From NCBI GenBank assembly GCA_963755815.1, contig CAVWLF010000001.1, positions 1 through 64,000 of the forward strand: a DNA stretch of 64,000 nt, given 5' to 3'. A program made the position numbers and the translations under genes. This DNA comes from an uncultured Actinomycetes bacterium (GTDB taxonomy: Bacteria; Actinomycetota; Actinomycetes; Streptosporangiales; Streptosporangiaceae). Every line of letters begins with the position of its first letter. Within the stretch, counting starts at the first letter, position 1. Below the pieces are notes generated by a model. It was given only the letters and a program-made list of their open reading frames with translations, searched no databases and was not told the DNA's origin. This document shows, one piece after another, positions 27,524 to 36,684 of this stretch.

Positions 27524-28663
27524 ATGGTGGCCGAGGCGTTAGATGGGAGCAACCGTTTGCCTGGCAGGGAAGCTGACCCGAAGCGGGCGACCATCAGGGA
27601 CGTCGCGGCGCAAGCCGGCGTCTCGATCGGCACTGCCTCGAAGGCACTCAACGGTCAGGGAAAGCTGCGCCCGGAGACCCGGGACCGGGTCGCCGCGGCG
27701 GCGCGCAAGCTGGACTTCGCGCCGAATGTCCTGGCCCGGGGTCTGCTCGCAGGAAGAACCTACACCGTGGGCGTCATCACCACGGATAGCTTCGGGCGGT
27801 TCAGCATCCCGGTCATGCTCGGTGCCGAGGACGCCCTGGGAGCGGGCCAGATTTCGGTCTTCATGTGTGATACCCGCGATGACCCGGCCCGGGAGCGGCA
27901 GTACCTGGAGATGCTGCTGAGCCGCCGGGTGGACGGCCTGATCGTGACCGGCCGGCGGATCGAGCCGCGGCCGAGCATCGGCCGGACGCTGGGAATCCCC
28001 GTGGTCTACGCGATGACGCAGTCCCTCGACAGCGACGAGCCGGCGATCCTGCCCGACGACTATGGCGGCGGCATGATGGCGGCCAGGCACCTGCTGGCCG
28101 ATGGCCGGACCCGGATCGGGCATATCACCGGTCCCGAGCGATTCCTGGCCGCGCGCAAGCGCGCGGGGGGTTTCTGCGAGGCCGTCGCCAGCGCCGGCGT
28201 GCAGTTCTCGCCGCATGATGTCCTGTACGGCGAGTGGAGCGAGCGGTGGGGCCGCGAGGGGGTTCGCATCCTGCTGCGGGGTTCCCCGGACGTGCAGGCC
28301 ATCTTCTGCGGCAGCGACCAGATAGCCCGCGGCGTCTCCGAGACGCTGCGGTTGCTCGGCCACCGGGTGCCTGATGACATCGCGCTGGTGGGCTTCGACA
28401 ACTGGGAGCCCATGGTTGCCGGCGCGGATCCGCCGCTCACCAGCATCGACATGTGCCTGGAGGACGTCGGGCGGACGGCGGCCGAGCACTTGCTCGCAGC
28501 GATCAACGACGAGCCGACGCATGGCGTGCATACCGTGCCGTGCCGTCTGGTCATCCGCAGATCAGCCGGCCTGGCCGAGAACGGGCCCGCTGACCTGGCC
28601 GGCAGCAGGTCCGGTGAGCGGCCGGATGGCGGGCCGGCCGTCCAGCCCGGCGGCGCCGGATGA
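27524..28663 (+). CDS. LacI family transcriptional regulator
   Basis: N-terminal HTH ATIRDVAAQAGVSIGTASKALNG plus a periplasmic-binding-protein-like sugar-binding core. Divergent from the GH127 operon. Confidence 0.9.
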   Translation: MVAEALDGSNRLPGREADPKRATIRDVAAQAGVSIGTASKALNGQGKLRPETRDRVAAAARKLDFAPNVLARGLLAGRTYTVGVITTDSFGRFSIPVMLGAEDALGAGQISVFMCDTRDDPARERQYLEMLLSRRVDGLIVTGRRIEPRPSIGRTLGIPVVYAMTQSLDSDEPAILPDDYGGGMMAARHLLADGRTRIGHITGPERFLAARKRAGGFCEAVASAGVQFSPHDVLYGEWSERWGREGVRILLRGSPDVQAIFCGSDQIARGVSETLRLLGHRVPDDIALVGFDNWEPMVAGADPPLTSIDMCLEDVGRTAAEHLLAAINDEPTHGVHTVPCRLVIRRSAGLAENGPADLAGSRSGERPDGGPAVQPGGAG

Positions 28664-28721
28664 CGCGGTGGCGCCGCAGCGGCGGCACGCTGCCCGGCGC
28701 CATCGCGGGCTGGAACCATCG

Positions 28722-28846
28722 GCACGATCGCGGATCACAACTACCAGCACGATCACAGATCAGAACCACCAGCACCGCCGCGGGTCAGAGCTCCGGGCAC
28801 GATCACGGATCAGAGCTACCGGCACGATCGCGGATGAGAACTTGCG
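28722..28846. repeat. 5 x 25-bp perfect-phase tandem repeat immediately upstream of the ABC ATPase start
   Basis: Units start at 28722, 28747, 28772, 28797 and 28822. Consensus GCACGATC(G/A)C(G/A)GATCA(G/C)A(A/G)C(T/C)ACC(A/G). Unit 3 is degenerate. The period is not a multiple of 3. The array ends 10 nt before ATG 28857. Confidence 0.9.
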
Positions 28847-28856
28847 GAGGGACGGC

Positions 28857-30143
28857 ATGTCCACGGTGACAGCCGAAGGGCTGACCAAGGTCTACGCGGG
28901 TGGCGTCGAGGCAGTCAACGACCTTGACCTGCAGGTCGACGACGGAGAGTTCGTCGTGCTCGTCGGGCCGTCCGGGTGCGGCAAGACCACGGCGCTGCGC
29001 ATGGTAGCGGGGCTGGAGGAGATCACATCGGGCACGCTGCGGCTCGGTGACCGGGTGGTTAACGATCTCTCGCCGCGCGAGCGTGACGTCGCCATGGTCT
29101 TCCAGAACTACGCGCTTTACCCGCATCTGAGCGTGCACGAGAACATCGGCTTCGCGTTGCATAGCAGGAAGGTTGCTAAGGTCGAGCGGGACTCGAAGGT
29201 GCGCGCCGCGGCGGCCGTGCTCGGCCTGACCGGGGAACTCGATCGCAAGCCGCGGCAGCTCTCGGGCGGTCAGCGGCAGCGCGTCGCGATGGGCCGGGCG
29301 CTCGTGCGCGAGCCCTCGGTCTTCCTGATGGACGAGCCGCTGTCCAACCTCGACGCCAAGCTGCGGATCCAGATGCGCTCGGAGGTGCTGCGGGTGCACC
29401 GGCGGATCGGGGTCGCGACGCTGTATGTCACGCACGATCAGACCGAGGCCATGACGATGGGCGACCGCGTCGCCGTGCTCCGCTCCGGAACGCTCCAGCA
29501 ATGCTCGGCGCCCAGGGAGCTTTACGACTCGCCGGCGAACATCTTCGTGGCTACGTTCATCGGCTCGCCATCGATGAACCTCTACCGGGCCGGCCTCGAA
29601 TCCGCCGGCGAATCCGGCACCATCGTGCTCGGTTCGCAGCGGCTGACGCTCCCGGCCGCGGTCATGCGGCAGAACCCTGGCCTCGCCCGTTACCAGGGCC
29701 GCGCAGTCATCGCCGGGATCCGGCCTGAGCACCTGGTCGACCAGGCGATACTCGGCACCGCGCCAGAGCCGGGCGCGAGTCTCACCGCGACGGTCGACCT
29801 CGTCGAGGTCCTCGGCAGCGAGCAGCTTGTCCACTTCACCATCGACGCGCCCGGGGTTCGCGGGGAAATGGAAGAGCAGGACCAGTCCTTGGCCGGAGCC
29901 GCGCCCGGGCCCGGGACCGGGACCGGAGCCGGGCCCGGGACCGGAGCCGGAGCCGGGACTGGGGAGGGCGAGATCGTCGCCGCGGCGGTAGCGGAGGGTG
30001 TGGCCAGGATCGACCCGCGCTCGGGGATCCGCGCCGGGGAAAGGGCGGTCTTCGGAGTGGACGTCCGGCGGATCCATTTCTTCGACCCGGACAGTGGAGT
30101 CGCGATCGCGCCGGCCAGCCCGACGACCAGCACTGCCCGCTGA
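28857..30143 (+). CDS. sugar ABC transporter ATP-binding protein (MalK/MsiK/UgpC-like)
   Basis: Walker A GPSGCGKTT, signature LSGGQRQRVAMGRAL, Walker B VFLMDEPLSNLD, and a C-terminal TOBE-like domain with a Gly/Pro/Thr low-complexity insertion. Start at MSTVTAEGLTKVY with GGAGGGA upstream. Confidence 0.9.
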   Translation: MSTVTAEGLTKVYAGGVEAVNDLDLQVDDGEFVVLVGPSGCGKTTALRMVAGLEEITSGTLRLGDRVVNDLSPRERDVAMVFQNYALYPHLSVHENIGFALHSRKVAKVERDSKVRAAAAVLGLTGELDRKPRQLSGGQRQRVAMGRALVREPSVFLMDEPLSNLDAKLRIQMRSEVLRVHRRIGVATLYVTHDQTEAMTMGDRVAVLRSGTLQQCSAPRELYDSPANIFVATFIGSPSMNLYRAGLESAGESGTIVLGSQRLTLPAAVMRQNPGLARYQGRAVIAGIRPEHLVDQAILGTAPEPGASLTATVDLVEVLGSEQLVHFTIDAPGVRGEMEEQDQSLAGAAPGPGTGTGAGPGTGAGAGTGEGEIVAAAVAEGVARIDPRSGIRAGERAVFGVDVRRIHFFDPDSGVAIAPASPTTSTAR

Positions 30144-30298
30144 CTGCTGGCACCGTCGCCCCGACTGCCAGCACCGCCCCGGACGGCTAGCACCGCTCGG
30201 ACTGCCACCTCGGCCCCGGATTGCCCCCCGCCCGGATTGCCAGCACTGGGCCGGATTGCCAGCACTGGCCCGGCCCGCCCCGGATTGCCAGCACCTCC
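30140..30298. repeat. degenerate ~19-nt tandem array (about 8 copies of CCCGGA(T/C)TGCCAGCAC)
   Basis: Copies read by eye from the ATPase stop codon onward. The three best are at 30231-30249, 30250-30268 and 30280-30298. Confidence 0.6.
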
Positions 30299-30492
30299 CG
30301 GCCGCGGGCCGGGCACGACCGGGGTTTGCGAGGAGCAGCGCGGACCGTGTGCAGCCGATTCGCGAGGAGCGGGAAGGCCACGAGACCGGACGGCGTTGAC
30401 GCTGGCGCGGACGGGTGCCCACCCGGTGGTGGGCCGGACCGCCCCGGGCGGCCGCTGGCTCCGGATGACCTCGCCGATCGCGGAAAGGCTGA

Positions 30493-31293
30493 ATGTTCAT
30501 GGCTGATGTCCTGCCGGACCCCTCGAAGATGACGCTGGACGACCCATTCGCCGTGCTGTCCGGACCGCTGGCGGGGACGTCCCGGCTATCGCTGCAGGTC
30601 GTCGAGGCGGGGCTGCTCACGCCGCATATGCGCCGGCTGCGACTGACCGCGCCGGAGCTTGCCGGTTTCAGCTATGCCGCCGGCCAGGACGTGATGCTGC
30701 TCGTCGACGTCGAGGGCAATCGCCCGGTCCGCCGCCGGTACACCATCCGCGCGCTGGAGGCGGCCAGCGCGATGCTGACCCTCGACATCGTCCTGCACGG
30801 AGACGGCCCAGGTGAGCGCTGGGTACGGGACACGAGCCCGGGAGACCGGATCGAGGGGATCGGGCCCCGGGGGAAGATCACGACGGCGGGAGGCGCCGAC
30901 TGGCACCTTTTCGTCGGCGATGAGTCGGCACTGCCCGCGATCTTCCGGATGGCCGAGTCGCTGCCCGGCGGCACCCCGGTGCGGGTGCTGCTCGAGATTC
31001 CCGGACCAGAGGACGAGCAGGACCTGCAGGCGGCAGCGAGCACGCAGGTCACCTGGCTGCACCGCGGTGACGGGCGCGCGGGCGAGCCGGGTGCGCTGGC
31101 CGCGGCCGTCGGCGAGGTGCCGCTCCCGGCCGGGCGCGGACATGCCTACCTGCTGGGCGAGGCAAGAGTCGTGTCGCGGCTCCGCGAGGTGCTGGCAGCG
31201 CGCGGGCTCGAACCGGATCAGATGTCCCCCAAGGCCTACTGGGGCCGCGGGCGGGCGAACGCCAGCCACGGCGAGCCGGCCAGGGACGCCTGA
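30493..31293 (+). CDS. siderophore-interacting protein (FAD-binding ferric-siderophore reductase family)
   Basis: RRYTIR FAD-binding motif, plus GDESALPAI and a C-terminal NAD(P)H-binding-like part (GEARVVSRLREVL). Confidence 0.85.
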   Translation: MFMADVLPDPSKMTLDDPFAVLSGPLAGTSRLSLQVVEAGLLTPHMRRLRLTAPELAGFSYAAGQDVMLLVDVEGNRPVRRRYTIRALEAASAMLTLDIVLHGDGPGERWVRDTSPGDRIEGIGPRGKITTAGGADWHLFVGDESALPAIFRMAESLPGGTPVRVLLEIPGPEDEQDLQAAASTQVTWLHRGDGRAGEPGALAAAVGEVPLPAGRGHAYLLGEARVVSRLREVLAARGLEPDQMSPKAYWGRGRANASHGEPARDA

Positions 31294-31352
31294 CGCGAGA
31301 CGCGGAGACTTAAGGCCCAGGGGCCCCAGTCCGCAGCGGAGGCACCGCATTC

Positions 31353-32294
31353 TCAGCCGAGTGCGGCCGGCCATTCCGCGCCGGTGGCCGCGCGGATCTC
31401 GGCCGGGCGCGGCAGCGCTACCTGAGTGCCCCGGCGGGTAGTCGCGGTGGCCCCCGCCGCGCACGCGGCCCGCAGCGCTTCGGCCGGAGTTACCCCCGCC
31501 GCCAGCATCACGCCGAGCGCGGCCACGAAGGCGTCACCGGCTCCGACGCTGTCCACGCTGCGGACCCGGAATCCGGGTACCGACTCGGCCCCGGCGGCCC
31601 CGGCCAGCACCGCTCCGTGCGACCCCGCCGTGACCACCGCGTGGCGAGCGCCAATGAGAGCCAGCGCGGCGGCCGCGCTAGCCGCGTCCCGCAGGCCGGC
31701 CACGGTCCGCCCGAGGATCGCGGACGCCTCTGACTCATTGACCACCAGCCAGTCAACGCCCGCCGACAGCAGGGACTCGGGCTCCGCCGGCACCGGCGCG
31801 AGGTTGAGCAAGCAGGTCATGCCCCGGTCGCCGGCCTGGCTGAGCACCGCCGCGAGGACTTCGGCGGGGATCTCGGCGGAGAGCACCAGCAGGCCGGCCG
31901 GGCCGGAGAGCGCCGCGGCGGCCTCTTGCTCTCCGGCCTCGCCGTTTGCCCCCGGCGCGACCGTGATCATGTTCTCGCCGGCCGCATCGACGGTGATCAG
32001 CGCCAGGCCGGTAGCGCAATCGGGCACCGCCCGCACTGAGGCGAGACCGATATCCTCCGCCCGCAGCGCTGCGGTGATCCGGTCGCCGAACTCGTCCTCG
32101 CCCACGCAGCCGACCATCCGCACCGCCGCGCCAAGCCGCGCCGCGGCGACCGCCTGATTGGCGCCCTTTCCGCCCGGCGCGATCACCGCCCCGGCACCCA
32201 GGATCGTCTCGCCCGGCCCTGGCAGCCTGCGGACAGACACCGAGATGTCCATGTTCAGGCTGCCCAGAACAGTCAGCCGGGGCTGGCTTCGCAT
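31353..32294 (-). CDS. rbsK: ribokinase
   Basis: N-terminal LTVLGSLNMDISV...PGETI....PGGKGANQAVAAARLG and C-terminal DSVGAGDAFVAALG, the PfkB/ribokinase signatures. Confidence 0.88.
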   Translation of the reverse strand: MRSQPRLTVLGSLNMDISVSVRRLPGPGETILGAGAVIAPGGKGANQAVAAARLGAAVRMVGCVGEDEFGDRITAALRAEDIGLASVRAVPDCATGLALITVDAAGENMITVAPGANGEAGEQEAAAALSGPAGLLVLSAEIPAEVLAAVLSQAGDRGMTCLLNLAPVPAEPESLLSAGVDWLVVNESEASAILGRTVAGLRDAASAAAALALIGARHAVVTAGSHGAVLAGAAGAESVPGFRVRSVDSVGAGDAFVAALGVMLAAGVTPAEALRAACAAGATATTRRGTQVALPRPAEIRAATGAEWPAALG

Positions 32295-32321
32295 GATCCT
32301 CCTCAGGGCCGGGCTGGGGCC

Positions 32322-32415
32322 GGGGCCAGGGCCGACCCCTGGGCCAGGACCGACCCCGGGGGCCAGGGCCGAGCCGGGACCAGAGCCGAACCGGGGCCAG
32401 AGCCGGGCCGGGCCG
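32322..32415. repeat. degenerate ~18-nt GC-rich tandem repeat upstream of rbsK
   Basis: GGGCCAGG(G/A)CCGA(C/G)CC-type units repeated about 5 times, starting 28 nt upstream of the rbsK ATG. Confidence 0.5.
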
Positions 32416-32693
32416 GCCTAGCCGGGCACTGCGCCCGCCTCCGCCGACCTGCCCGCCCCGGATCTCATCATTGTCTGGCCTGCCGCCGCTGGCCCGGTGC
32501 CCGGGTCACCGGCCGGGCACCAGGCCGGGGCACCAGGCCAGCTACCCGCCCGGGATGGAACGGGCAGGAGCCCGGTTCTGGATAAATAACAGCGAGTCAT
32601 GCCAGAACAACTGCCCGTTCTTTCTCGATATGAGCAAAGCTGCTCCATAATTGGACGATCCGCTAGCAATCGGGGTCGGAGGGAGCGCAACCC

Positions 32694-34751
32694 GTGACGT
32701 CTGGGATTAACACCGAGATCTCCGCGCTCCTGTCGCACACCTCAGCCCCGACCTTGCTGCTGGGGATCGACAAGGCCGGGCGGATCATCCAGCATGATCG
32801 CAATGCCGCGGATATCCTCGCGTACCCGCGGGACGCGCTGCTCGGCGTTGAACTCAGCAGCCTGATAACCGACTCCCCCGCGTCGGCCGCGGCGCTTGAG
32901 GGCCTGCTCAGCGCCGCCTTGGCTGACCGCGAAGGCACCGCGGTCCTGACCCTGCAAACCGGTAAGGGCGATCAGGTCGACTCGGTGGTCACCATGCAGC
33001 CGATGCGATCCTCCGATCCCCAGCTGGCCGCGCTGGCCGTCGTGCGCATCCCGCAATCGGAAGGACGGTTTCTCGACCCGGCGGTGATGCGCCGCGCCCT
33101 CCTCGATAGCGCCTTCAAGCGAATCGGCGAGGCGCTCGACATTGACCAGCTGGCCAGCGAGTTCGTCAATATCGTGGTCCCGCACTTCTCCAACTCCGCC
33201 GGCCTGCTGGTACTGGAGAGCCTGGTCGGCGGCGACGAGCTCCCGAGCAGCGCCCCGGACGGATCGCACCTGCTCCGGCGGCTGGCGATTGCCTACGACG
33301 ACGGCGAGCCAGGCTGGGACGCGGCGTTTCCTACCGGCGAGATCCTCCGCTATCCGCCGGACACCCCCTTCGCGCGGTGCATGGACTCGGGCGAGCCGGT
33401 CCGGGAGATCAGCTTCGCCGCGGAAAGCGCCCGCGCTCTCGCTGAGGCCTGGCTGCGCCCGCCGGTCGCCCAGCTGCTTTCCAGCACCTCGATGCTGCTG
33501 CTGCCGCTGGTGGCCAGGGACGTCACGCTGGGTTTTATCGTCTGCACCCGCACCGAGGGCTACCGCCGGTTCGACGCGTACGACACCGAGATCGGGATGG
33601 AGTTCGCTTCCCGCTCGGCGATCTTCATCGATAACGCCCGCCGGTACAACCGGGAACGCGCGACCGCGCTCACCCTGCAGCGCAGCCTGCTGCCGACCGG
33701 GCTGTCCGCGCCCTCGTCGGTGGAGGTCCGGCACCGCTACCTGCCGGGCAGCAAGATGATCGAGGTAGGCGGCGACTGGTACGAGTCAATCGCCCTGCCG
33801 GGCGGCCGGGTGGCGCTCATTGTCGGGGACGTGGCCGGGCACGGCGTGCGCGCCGCCGTCACCATGGGCCGGCTGCGGACCGCGATCCACACACTGGCCA
33901 TGCTGGAGCTGCCGCCCGCCCAGACCCTGCAGCAGCTCGACGAGCTGATGCAGGAACTCGGCGAACGCGAGCCGCACTTCGCCACCTGCGTCTACGCGGT
34001 ATTCGACGCGGTCTCCGGGACGCTGGAGGTCGCGTCCGCCGGTCACCTCCCGCCGCTGCTGGTCCGGCCGGATGACACGATCGAGTTCCTCGACGTCTCG
34101 CCCGCACCGCCGCTCGGCGTCGGCACGGGACCGATCCTGAGCCGGACGATCAAGATCGACGATGGCAGCCTGCTGGTGCTCTATACCGACGGGCTGGTGG
34201 AGAAGAGGACCCAGGACATCGACGAGGGCCTGCGGCTGCTCGGCGAGGTCTTCGGCCCCGGCGCGACCAAGCGCCCGCTGGAGGATCTCTGCCGGGCGTC
34301 GCTGGCCGATGTCTACGGCGATGAGCAGCGTGACGACATCGCGCTGCTCGTCGCGCGGCTGAGCCGGATCTCACCGGACCGCCATGTCAGCTGGAAGCTG
34401 GCGCCCGAGCTGACGTCAGCGCGGCGCGCGCGGGAGCTCATCCGGCGCCCGCTGACCCGCTGGAACGTCGCCGAGCTCATCCCCGTCACCGAGCTGCTCG
34501 TCTCCGAACTCGTCACCAACGCGGTCAGGTACGCGCAGGGCGCGATCGAGCTGCGGCTGGTGCTGGAGGGCGGGCTGGTGTGCGAGGTACTGGACAATTC
34601 GGCCGCGCTGCCCCGGCTCCGGTATCCCGGCAACGAGGATGAGCGCGGCCGGGGACTCCAGGTCGTCAGCCGGATGGCACAGCGCTGGGGCGCGCGGCGG
34701 ACAACCGCTGGCAAGATCGTCTGGACCGAGCAGGCCCTCCCCCGCCACTGA
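32694..34751 (+). CDS. multidomain signalling protein: PAS/GAF-like sensor + PP2C (SpoIIE) phosphatase + HATPase_c anti-sigma-kinase-like domain
   Basis: PP2C motifs GGDWYE, VGDVAGHGVRAA and LYTDGLVE. The C-terminus (ELVTNAVRYA ... RGRGLQVV) is typical of RsbW/SpoIIAB-like ATP-binding domains. Confidence 0.85.
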   Translation: MTSGINTEISALLSHTSAPTLLLGIDKAGRIIQHDRNAADILAYPRDALLGVELSSLITDSPASAAALEGLLSAALADREGTAVLTLQTGKGDQVDSVVTMQPMRSSDPQLAALAVVRIPQSEGRFLDPAVMRRALLDSAFKRIGEALDIDQLASEFVNIVVPHFSNSAGLLVLESLVGGDELPSSAPDGSHLLRRLAIAYDDGEPGWDAAFPTGEILRYPPDTPFARCMDSGEPVREISFAAESARALAEAWLRPPVAQLLSSTSMLLLPLVARDVTLGFIVCTRTEGYRRFDAYDTEIGMEFASRSAIFIDNARRYNRERATALTLQRSLLPTGLSAPSSVEVRHRYLPGSKMIEVGGDWYESIALPGGRVALIVGDVAGHGVRAAVTMGRLRTAIHTLAMLELPPAQTLQQLDELMQELGEREPHFATCVYAVFDAVSGTLEVASAGHLPPLLVRPDDTIEFLDVSPAPPLGVGTGPILSRTIKIDDGSLLVLYTDGLVEKRTQDIDEGLRLLGEVFGPGATKRPLEDLCRASLADVYGDEQRDDIALLVARLSRISPDRHVSWKLAPELTSARRARELIRRPLTRWNVAELIPVTELLVSELVTNAVRYAQGAIELRLVLEGGLVCEVLDNSAALPRLRYPGNEDERGRGLQVVSRMAQRWGARRTTAGKIVWTEQALPRH

Positions 34752-34770
34752 CATACGGCAGAACGGGGCA

Positions 34771-36501
34771 CTACTGGCCAGTGAGCCGCCGCCAGTTGGG
34801 CACCGACGGGTGCTGGCGGCAGGCCGGCCCGGTGCCGAACGCACGCAGGATGTTGCCGGTGATCCGCCGCACGATCGCTGACGCACAGGTCCCGGCCGCA
34901 GTCTTCCCGCCTGGCCTGTTCCCGGTCCTGTCCCTGGTCGTGTTCCCGGTCCTGTTCCCGGTGTTGCTCCCCGGCCGGTCTCTGGCATCGCATCCGCTCC
35001 GGCCGGCGAGCGCGGGAATCCAGTTGGTGGTCCCGGTGTCCAGCACGCCCGCGCCGCCGGCCGCATCGGTGTAGTACGTCATATCCGAGTAGAACGGCCC
35101 GATGTCCGTCTGGCCCAGGCCCGCCGGGATCGGCGAGTGCGACAAGACCTGAAGGCCCGCCGGATGGATCATCGCCGGGTAAAAGCGATCGACGTCCGAG
35201 CCGATGACCCCCGGCACCGTCGACCCGTCATGCAGGCCGGTGCCGCGGTACACCCAGGATGATGCGTCGGACACCACCAGGCTGGCCCGCAGGCCGGGCT
35301 CCAGGAAGCCGGCGTACATCTCGCCGACGAAGTCACTTTCCGGCCAGTTGGTGGGCGGCGACCCCCAGGTGTTAGCGGTGACCTTCAGCCGGCTGCCCTT
35401 CCCGTCGAGCGGGTCCTCCGCGGCATCCCGGTAGTCGACCTCCTCGCGGCCGGGCCCGAGTGGCGAGGGCTGCAGCCGGACATGCCGCAGGATCGGCTGG
35501 CCCCGAAGAAGACGATGTTCATGCCTGCGTCGTGGGCGGCCACGACGGCGGTCCGCTCGGACAGTGACCAGCATTCGTCGTGGCCGAGGGTGAGCAGGAC
35601 GCGATGACGCAGCAGGTAGCGCGGATGCTGGGCGACCGCCTGATCCGTCACGTAGGTCACGTCCAGGCCATGCTGCTCGGCGAACCGGACCAGCGGATAT
35701 TCCAGGGTCAGGAAGTTCCCTGACCCTTCCTCGGCGGCATAGGGGCGGCGTCCAGTTGGCGCAGGACACCATATTTATCCCGGCCGTCACCGGGCAGCGC
35801 TGCTGCACCTTTCCGGCTATTTCCGCCGACTGCCATACCAGCCGGGCACCTTTGCCCTGGTAGTAACCCATCCGGAATGCCTCAGCGCGGAATTCGGCGG
35901 CGGCGGTGGTGACGTAGAGCCTGACCTGCTGGCCGCGGTGAGCATAGGTGCGGCTCGCGAATCCGGCGATACTGCCTTTCGGGTGCCGTATCTTCCATGC
36001 GGTCGTACCCGGCCGGTTATTCTCGGTGATAACCCACTGGGCTTTCCTGCCGTCCGGCCCCGGCCACGTCGCCGCCGCCGTCCTGGCGCCGGGCGGACCG
36101 CCGCGGCCGGCCCGCGATCCGGTGCCGCGCCCGGTGGCCGGGCCCGGGCCTCCGCCCGGAGGCGCAGCCTGCGGGCGGCCATTGGCCGGCGCCGCCACAT
36201 CGCGCAGGCTGTGCCGGATAAGGACCACGCCGGCCGTGACGACGACCGCTAACAGCAGGATCCCGGCCACGCCCGCCATGCCCGCCCGGATACCGGGGCG
36301 CCCGGGTTTGCCGCGGTCCCGCCAGATCCCGGAGTTAATGACTGATCCTCCTGCCTGCCGCTGCCCGGGGGGAGCGAGGATGCCGCCCCGTGCATCAGCG
36401 CGACGGAAGAGGGCAGCTAGGGAATGAGCCCGGCCGTACGCGAGCAGCACGCACATGATCTTCGCTGCATTAATTCTAACGGCAGGCAAATCAAACAACA
36501 A
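34771..36501 (-). pseudogene. frameshifted gene for a membrane-anchored N,N-dimethylformamidase-beta-subunit-like (DUF6605-type) protein
   Basis: The long ORF stays open, but its middle (about 35500-35760) is Arg-rich nonsense. The sensible sequence (EEGSGNFLTLEYPLVRFAEQHGLDVTYVTDQAVAQHPRYLLRHRVLLTLGHDECWSLSERTAVVAAHDAGMNIVFFGA) is in another frame. It rejoins the main frame at ILRHVRLQPSPLGP after an apparent 1-nt deletion near 35500. The family call is tentative. Confidence 0.55.
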
Positions 36502-36684
36502 AGAACTCCGGCGGCTTATTCAGCTCGGCTCGCAGCCGGGCGAAAGCCATTAGCCGGTATTTGCCTGAATATAACTAATGACGGCGCTGTGCGGGACTAC
36601 GGCTATTGCCCGATACATGTACCAGTTAGCCGCGGACCAGGTAAGCTCGCGGAAAATCCTCCTGGCCGGACTGGACGGCGGCAG

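Noticed and set aside
28722-28846. Possible CRISPR array
   Set aside because: The repeat units are directly contiguous with no spacers, there are only five of them, and no cas genes are nearby.
28374-28856. Upstream extension of the ABC ATPase ORF to 589 aa
   Set aside because: The extension overlaps the LacI gene 3' end and runs through the 25-bp repeat array (period not a multiple of 3). A strong RBS plus the canonical MSTVTAEGLTKVY start are at 28857.
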